From Spirogloea muscicola (Eukaryota): 64,000 nt of DNA. The notes under the pieces were generated by a model. The model was given only the letters and a program-made list of their open reading frames with translations. It had not been told where the DNA came from and ran no database searches. Below are positions 56,700-64,000 of the stretch, in pieces; within the stretch, counting starts at the first letter, position 1; each line of letters opens with the position of its first letter. The translations under genes and the position numbers were made by a program. The DNA is taken from assembly GCA_009602725.1 (NCBI GenBank), contig WELB01000013.1, positions 353,855-417,854 of the forward strand, in the 5' to 3' direction.

Positions 56700-59600
56700 A
56701 TGGCTAAGGCGCCGCCCGTCGCCGCCTCCGGCGGCGGCGGCGGCGGCGGCGGCGGAGGCGGCGGCGATGACGGCGGCGGCGCGGGCGTGCGGGAGCGCAT
56801 CGAGGAGCTGTGGAGCCACCACCGGGCCGAGGGCGGTCGCGGCGTGCCGCCGGCGGTGCACCAGCTCCTCAACTCCGCCTTCACCAAGATCCCCGTCTCC
56901 ACCTTCCCCAGCGTACACCTCGGCAAGGGTGAAGCCCGGCCCTCGAGCCTTCTGCTGTGCCATCCCGCGCTGCCTCCGGACTGGTGGCACCCCGCCGCAC
57001 ATCATTGCTCGCTTCCGGAGCTTCAGACCTCTTCAGAAATGCATGCAAAGAGCGATAAAGTGGAGCCCGCTTGCGTCAAGAGCTCCCTTGCTGATACTGA
57101 TTCTGTCGTCGTTTATGTCTGCTTGAGTCCGCGTAGTAGCTCTTGGAGGTGTTGCACAGGCCTGATTTGTGCGCGCTTGTGCCTGCAGTCGTGGAGGTCC
57201 CGTCGGATGCGACAATCTCTGAGGCAGTGGTGCTTCTCTCCGAGAATAACGTCCTGTCTGCTCCTGTGAGAGACGTGACGGCTTCTGAGACTGCCAGCTG
57301 GACGGAGCGATACCTGGGTGAGTAGAATGACGATCGCTATTGATACATGCAGAGAACAAATGCATGAATCTCTGATCTTACCTTAAGTCATAGCACACAA
57401 GCTCTCCTAACGGTGGGCACAAGTTGGGAGAAGATTCAGATACATACGGCGACTAGCCTGTTGCACACACACACCAGTGCTTTGTAATTGTCGAACTCTT
57501 CCTTGCTTGTGGCCGAGAATGCTGGACGGCTTTCGTTGCAGGGATGCTGGTCTAAACGGAAGTGTCCTCCTTGCAGGAATGGTTGACTTCCCTGCTATTG
57601 TGGTGTGGGTTCTAGAACAAGCTGAGCTGGCAGCTGCTGCTCTTGCCGCAGGTCAGTATCTCTTCAGAACATACTGTAGCCTCCTGGTCATATGATTAGA
57701 AGTGCATGGAGCTTTTGATTTGCAGAGTGGCATCAAGCTTTCAAGCTTAAAAGCTTAAAAGCTTAATTGCCATATATGGCACTTTGTACATGTAGGAGCG
57801 TCCATAGTAACTTGTTGGAAGCTTCTGCCGCTGCTTAGGCCCAAACAAGAAGCATTCTGAACACCTTGGCAAATATCTGCTGCCATTGAGCAGAGAGGTT
57901 ATGGCGATATGAATGAGCGCTCAGTAAGATCGTCTGCTTAATTTGCACAGGCACCGCGGCTGCGGCTGGCGTTGGAGCTGGAGCACTGGGAGCTTTGGGT
58001 GCTGTGACGCTGGGCATGACTGGCCCTATCGCTGTAGCAGGCCTCACTGTGGCTGCAGTAGGGGCAGCTGTAGCGGGGGGAGTGGCAGCAGAACGTGGGG
58101 TTGGTCAAGACCCTCAGCATGCGGCAGATGCATTGGGCAATGACTTCTACAAGGTCATCCTTCGAGAAGAGCCCTTCAAGTCAACCAAGGTACGCACAGG
58201 GACGACCTTGGTCAGCAGTTCTCTTAAGTTGTATGTAAGGTGTGCAGCTGCAGAGAAGCCTGCAAGTGTGCAGCATTTACTTGGTGTTCTATCGTCAGTG
58301 CAGATTTTGCTGCCAAAGCAAAGAGAATATGCTCTTCGCTTTGGCACACTTCCTCTTCATGCACTCTGAGGCAAAGAAATTGTGTTGTCAGGTTTCAGAT
58401 ATCACTAAAAGCTACAGATGGGCCCCTTTCTTGCCAATGCAAGCAGATGATTCAATGTTGACAGCCTTGCTTCTGCTTTCAAAATATCGACTTCGAAGCA
58501 TTCCTGTAATTGATTCCAACAGCACGCAGGCAAGACCTCCCGAAAGTTGTACCTCTGCTGGGAGTGTCATGGCCTGATGTTAGACTGCCATCGTTTGAGG
58601 GTGCATATCCAAAAAGGCCTTGCCCATACTCTGATGGTCACTCATGCTACACGGGAACCATACTCAGGCTGAACAACAATGACAGCAAGTGACAATTGCA
58701 TGGACCACTGCAATTTGCAGTTGTACAGATCTGGCTGAAGGCTGTGGAATTACCGCTTTGCTTATACTGACTTGATGAAGCTCTGCTTTATCCCTTCAGG
58801 TAAACAATCTGGTGACACAATCATCAGTAATCAGGGGCCTTGCACAATGCAAGGGATTTGCGTGGTTTGACTCCATAGCCAGCAGGGCTGTTGAAGACCT
58901 AGGACTTCCAGTCATGGCACCAGCTCAGGTAGGCATCTACTTCTCCTCAACACTGCACTTGACACACTACTGCATGGTTTAGCGTATACAGGTTAGGCGC
59001 CAAGCAGTCGCCAGTAAGTGGTGAATTTCAAACGACTCAAGATCGTAGATTGTGATCAGAAGGAAGTCCTTGGATGAAACATGTGTCCATGCTGTGTTCT
59101 GTTGAGAGAGACTTGTGGTGGGCAGCGTTTTATGCTGGCTGCAAATTAATAATCATGGTGAAGTCGTGAAATTGGCGGACGCTCCAAGCGTCATCATAAG
59201 TGGAGTTGATGAGTGAGCACTACTGATACTGGTCAATGTGTTGTGCAGGTTGTTGCTGTTGAGGGGGACAAGTTGGTCCTGGAGGCATTCATATTGATGC
59301 GCGAGAAAGAGATTGGGGGTATCCCGGTGGTCGATACTCACCAGAAGCTCATTGGGAACATCAGTACCAGAGATTCGCGCTATCTTTTACTCCAACCAGA
59401 CCTCTTTGCCCGTCGCAAGTGAGTATACTGGAGTAAGAGAATGGCCTCCACACATCCAGCAGACGGGCATATGGAGAAGCCCATTCACTGCAGTCTGTGT
59501 TCTGTGGAGTCTGCTTTTGCATGTCTGCAATCACAGAAATAGTTCCAAAGTTTTGAGATACGCATCCAGCTCTTGTCATTCATATTTGCATTCAACCCTA

Positions 59601-60046
59601 GCTCTTTGCTTTCTGTTTTTTCTCCCCTACAAGAAGCTGGCAGCTCTCGGGAAATTGTAAGAACTGTAGGTAGGTCATTAAGCAGTGGCATCTGACTGAG
59701 CAATGACATTCACCTTATTTGCTGATGAGGGTGCAGAGAGTTGACTGTGATGGACTTCGTAAAGATCGTTTCAAACCTACCTGTCGACCCGTCAAAGAAT
59801 TCCGTTCCACCACTTCTATCACCACCCATCACGTGCTTGCAGACGGATACACTGGCCGACGTTATTGGAAAGCTGGTGACTAAAAACATTCACCGTGTGC
59901 ACGTAGTGAGGGATGACAACAGCCTGATAGGCGTCGTCACTCTTCGAGACATCATATGTTGCTTCGTGTCTGAGCCGCAGGATTACTTCCAGAGCTTCTT
60001 AGGAGGCTGTCTAAATGATGCTGATGCAAAGGACAAGGAAGCCTAG
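56700..60046 (+). CDS. CBS-domain protein, SnRK1 regulatory subunit gamma-like
   Basis: AFTKIPVSTFP, LSENNVLSAPV, Gly/Ala-rich hydrophobic insert, SYRWAPFLP, LLLSKYRLRSIPV, IHRVHVV...GVVTLRDII; stop TAG 60044-60046. Confidence 0.9.
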
Positions 60047-61619
60047 CGATTTGCCTCTGATGTGGGCAACGCTTTGGTGTTGGACTTCCTGGGCTGACCG
60101 CTCCTGTATCTGCTCCTGTACCTGTTCCTGTCTGTCGTAGTCAGTGTTCTCAGATTGTTCCTTCCGCCAATTGAAACGTCCTCCATCGGACGTTTGCCCT
60201 TGTCTACGGGCCCAGCAGACCGCCCTCGACGCGGGGGCACAGATGCAGATGCGCTCATGGCGCCAGACAGATTCTAATCTCAGACAGTCAGTCAGACTGA
60301 CAGCACAAACTCCGCCCTCACCCAAGGTGGATGGCAGCCATGGCTTGGGGGCGCACCGCGTGGCCTCAGATGTGGGGAGTGAGCCGGATGGGTGCCCGAG
60401 GCCTCCCTTATCCAGGGGAGACTCTCAAGGCCCAATGAGACGGGCAGGATCGTCACCCACCCCAACCCGCCGATTCACCATATTATGATTGTTCAACATT
60501 TGGAACAGTGGGAAGGGTAGGGCAGGGTGGTCGCACTGGGCTGGGATTGATTGGGGGGGGGGCGATAAAGATGTACGTTGAACGATGGAGGGCCTGAGTG
60601 GCCAAGTACCAAGACAAGCATGTGTACAGATGTACATCACCTGCTGCTTAGCAAACCCGCTCAATTACCACGGGTCTGCACCAGCAGGTGAGGTAGAATG
60701 AATGGCATGAAGCTGTTGTGAGGTAAAGAGTGAGCAAGCAGCACGTGACTGTCTGCCTATTGCACCCAGTAGAGCTCACTGCTGCCCAGTCTGCAGGAAG
60801 AGTTACTTTATGGTGTTGCTGAGACTCTATTCTTATCTGCACCCTTTCTGATGCACCTTTCTCTTTTCACCGAAGAGCCTCTGACGTGTGAGACCAAACG
60901 GCAAGCTCAAGTTTGAAGCCAAACTACAACAATCCAGAGCTGCAGCTTCAGATTCTGAGGCATTAGGAAGCAGGAGTTGTGCTAGCACCTTGACTTGAGA
61001 CAGGGCCGCTTGTTGCAAGCACAGCGCAAGGGCCTCAAATACAAGAAAATTGATATTGCTATCAGAGAGGGAAGAGGCTGTGAAGGTCCAGCCCAAAGGG
61101 ACCAATTCCAAAGGACATTGCCAACATGAATGGACGGACATATCAAGCCAAAAGCTCACTGGATACTCTGAATCCACTCTTTGATCACATTGAACAGCCG
61201 CAAGTTGCGGAACCAAGCAGCTGGGAAGGTACTGCCCTGCCGGCATTTTCGGAGGGGCAGCCAAAGGTACGTGCCGCCCGTGAACTTGTGCTGTTGTTCC
61301 GTCCAGGCTCGTCCGGGTGGCCTCGCATGCTCCCGGCATGCTCCGACCCGGACATGCTCGCGGCATGCGTAAACTAAGCAAGCGCGGCCAGATTAATTGG
61401 TGGCTGGGAGAGGCCAGCCCAAAGGAATGGACAAGGTCTGAAGGAGCCGCAGTGTGCATGCGTGGGCTCGGACGCCCCCGGCGGCATGCTTGGCCACGGC
61501 CATGCTTGGCCATACTCGGCCTCGGCCATGCTTGGTGGCATGCTCTGCCGCGGCCATGCACGGCGCCCAGGCGCCTGCGGGAGACAGCCCGTGGATCCCT
61601 CGTCAGGCACGCTCCTCAC

Positions 61620-61890
61620 GGGGCGAGCGTTAGGGCGACCCCCATGCACCCTGGAGTGAGGGTGGCACGGAGAAGCTCCGGAAGCAGAGAGCAGAGGCCG
61701 GACGGAGGTCGAGAGTCAGTGAAGCTCTGAGAGAGAGGCGCAGCCTGCTGCTGCCTGCTGCCGCAGACCGCGGCTCATTGCCGGCTCGCTGTGGAGCGCG
61801 TCCCGCTGGAGGCAAGTCTGCAGCGAGTGCCCGTGAGGTGGAGCCGCGGCCTAGCGGCGGCGACACAGGGCAAGTCTTCCGTTGTGCTGA
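61620..61890 (+). mobile_element. Partial diverged copy of the Gypsy LTR
   Basis: GGGCGACCCCCATGCACCCTGGAGTGAGGGTGGCACGG and GGCGACACAGGGCAAGTCTTCCG resemble the reverse complement of ~22330-22560. Confidence 0.6.
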
Positions 61891-62441
61891 CATTGGCAAT
61901 ATTGATGTGCGATATTGTGTCTATCGGACGCTGATCAGAATGCATCAATTCTCCTCAGGCACGACATGAAGTGCGCGTCCGAGTCCTCCTCAGCAGGCAG
62001 GATGGCCTGCTCGTGTGGTGCAGCTGACCAAGGCGCTAGTCGACCTGCCGGCCTCGTCAGATCCCGATGGCTTGTCCTTTGAAGAGACGCAACGCGTGGT
62101 GCGCCTGACGGAGCTTTTTGAGGCAGTGGTCCTTGTAGTGGACCCTGTGGCGTCCTTTCTCATGGGGGCGCTGTGTGAGGAAGTGAAGTCCCTGCTCGGT
62201 CAGATCCAAAAGGGCGAGCGTCGACTTCAGAAGGCCTTGGCAACACATACCTTGGCCCGTTCGACACACGACTGGGGCGTGCCCAGCCGTCTCCTCCTCC
62301 CAAGTACTCAGGCCAATCAGTTGGTGGTGGTCTGCACGCCTGGCTGACAGAGATACAGGCGTGCTTTGTTCTTGGTGACACAGACTCGGTGTCCCGTGTA
62401 GAATCGCCGCTACCCATCTTTCTGGAGGTCCTGCCAGTGGT

Positions 62442-63098
62442 GAGAAATTGTAAAGAAGAGTTCTACTCCCGAGATGTATAATACCTGGGAGTTTCCTAGC
62501 GCATACCCTGGTCAGTGTGTGCGGCGAAGTTCATTCGAAATTAAAAGCCCGGATGAGCTGACGCCCTCCGGATGCGGGAGGGGGGGGGGGGTGATTTGAG
62601 GATTATGTACGGCAATCCCGCCAATAAATGTCCAAGTTCCGCACATGCCCCATGGGCCCAGTTGATCATTGTTAACGTTTCAAGTTGGGCTTGCCTGAGC
62701 ACTTTCTTCCTCTGGCGTAGGTGCACACTACTACCCCGGCGCCCATTGTAGCTCTACCTATATTGGTTGCCCAAGCCCCGGTTGGCTCTGACGGAGGTGC
62801 ACACTACTACCCTGGCGCCAATTGTAGCTCTACTACGTTGGTGGACCAAGCCCGGGACCAAGCCCGACTTGAAACGTTGACACTGATCAACTGGGCCCAT
62901 GGGGCATGTGCGGAACTTGGAGACTAACTGGCGTACATAATGCTCAAAGTCACACCCCCCCCCCCACATCCGGAGGGCGTCAAGCTCATCCCGGGCTCTA
63001 ACTCCGCTTGAATTACGCCGGACACACTAACCAGGGTATGCATGAAGAACTCCCAGGTATTATACGTCTTGGGAGTGGAGCTCTTCTCTGCACCTCTC
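62442..63098. mobile_element. Foldback element with ~240-bp imperfect inverted arms
   Basis: Arm 62442-62693 is the approximate reverse complement of 62859-63098, e.g. TCCAAGTTCCGCACATGCCCCATGGGCCCAGTTGATCA and its exact inverse. Confidence 0.8.
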
Positions 63099-63598
63099 GA
63101 CCTAATCAGACCTTGTAAATTCCTTTGAGACGGCCTCTCACAGCCATTGCCTTCAAGAGCTGTTTCTCTCTAAGTTGCACGAGCTTTTGCATGAACAGCG
63201 AAGGTTTGATTGCTAAAACAAGCATCCCATTCATCCCATGTGCACAACAAGCCCTTCCCCCCCTTCGGAAAGGCCAGCCCAATAAGAACGGACAAGGTTT
63301 AAAGAGCCGAAAGGCGCTGTCATGCGAGAAGGCGTCTGTGCGAGATAACATCAATAGGTCTAGAATTAGGACACTGCTGACGTGCCATTCTATGTGATTC
63401 ATAAACCAAACGAAGATGTTGGCTACTTTGACCAGGCTGACATGAAAGACAGTCTGATAAGGAACCAACAATACCAATCGTCATCAGTATTCAAGTATCA
63501 CAGCACCGTAATCAGTCTAGAACGGTTGAAATTTGACTAAGTAGCATAAGTGAAATGAAACGCGCCTCTGTCTACTGAGTGTTTCGTCACCAGTATCC

Positions 63599-63673
63599 AA
63601 GTCAACGAGACCGTCCGAAGATCGGCCCTATCTAAATAAGTCAACGAGACCGTCCGAAGATCGGCCCTATCTA
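63599..63673. repeat. Tandem duplication with 39-bp period
   Basis: AAGTCAACGAGACCGTCCGAAGATCGGCCCTATCTA occurs twice, separated by AAT. Confidence 0.85.
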
Positions 63674-63861
63674 GTTTCCTCAACATTTTCCAGAGGCCGA
63701 AGCCCGCACCATTTCTGTGTTCGTTACAAGCAGTGCAGCCAATAGATGCACTCAAGCAATCAATGCAAAGACGTGCGCTCAAATAATGAGCACAACACTC
63801 CGAACGCGTAAGACTTGCAAGGAACAGCACAATGATAAGGCTGCTCACCGCAGAGGAAAGA

Positions 63862-64000
63862 TGTAGTGAACTCGGCCCTACACACGCAGTAAGGGTGAGT
63901 CGTCCTTGTTAAGTTCGGCTGTAGGGGGTTTACGGACCAACCCAGTACACGGCAAAGCACTAGCACATAGCGCAGCGGAAGACAGGCCCTGTGGCGCCGC
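63862..64000 (-). mobile_element. End of a related Gypsy LTR, running off the window
   Basis: Begins TGTA on the plus strand and aligns by eye with 22229-22358 (GCCCTACACACGCAGT...GGCAAAGCACTAGC...GCGCAGCGGAAGACAG). Confidence 0.75.

Noticed and set aside
62015..62347. 110-aa helical-looking ORF between the LTR fragment and the foldback
   Set aside because: No ATG start at its beginning and no motif I recognise; cannot be supported without a search.
62965..63050. Twister-ribozyme-like words (GGAGGG...TAACTCCG...GCCGG)
   Set aside because: The pseudoknot partners are missing and the words are not conserved in the opposite arm of the foldback.
63599..63673. 36-bp direct repeat resembling a CRISPR repeat
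   Set aside because: Only two copies, a 3-bp gap instead of a spacer, eukaryotic context and no cas genes.
63870..63945. HDV-like ribozyme pseudoknot (CCCTACA/TGTAGGG, GGGT/ACCC), also at 22240-22300
   Set aside because: The loop is too long, the G1-U wobble is absent, the pairing is not kept in the second copy, and the sequence is better explained as an LTR end.

Overview
Eukaryotic nuclear DNA with GC-rich 5' exons, many GT/GC-AG introns and two large N gaps. Gene content is plant-like and the style fits a streptophyte green alga, possibly Zygnematophyceae (inference). Eleven multi-exon genes are recognisable: acylamino-acid-releasing enzyme, an aldehyde oxidase/xanthine dehydrogenase-like molybdo-flavoenzyme, a secreted pectate lyase, an EMB8/ABHD-type alpha/beta hydrolase, a Mn-CDF (MTP) transporter, a DTW-domain tRNA-modifying enzyme, a DnaJ-type zinc-finger protein, a SNAP33-like SNARE, AMMECR1, aminodeoxychorismate synthase and a SnRK1 gamma-like CBS protein. 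Intergenic DNA holds many transposon remnants: 5'-truncated RLE-type (CRE-like) non-LTR retrotransposons with a conserved 3' tail motif, a chromodomain-bearing Gypsy remnant with LTR copies, Harbinger-like MITEs and two long foldbacks. The most notable observation is that the pectate lyase appears fused, via a polyproline linker, to a PMEI/invertase-inhibitor-like domain. Gene coordinates are first-to-last codon spans from manual splice reading; no alignments or database searches were run.
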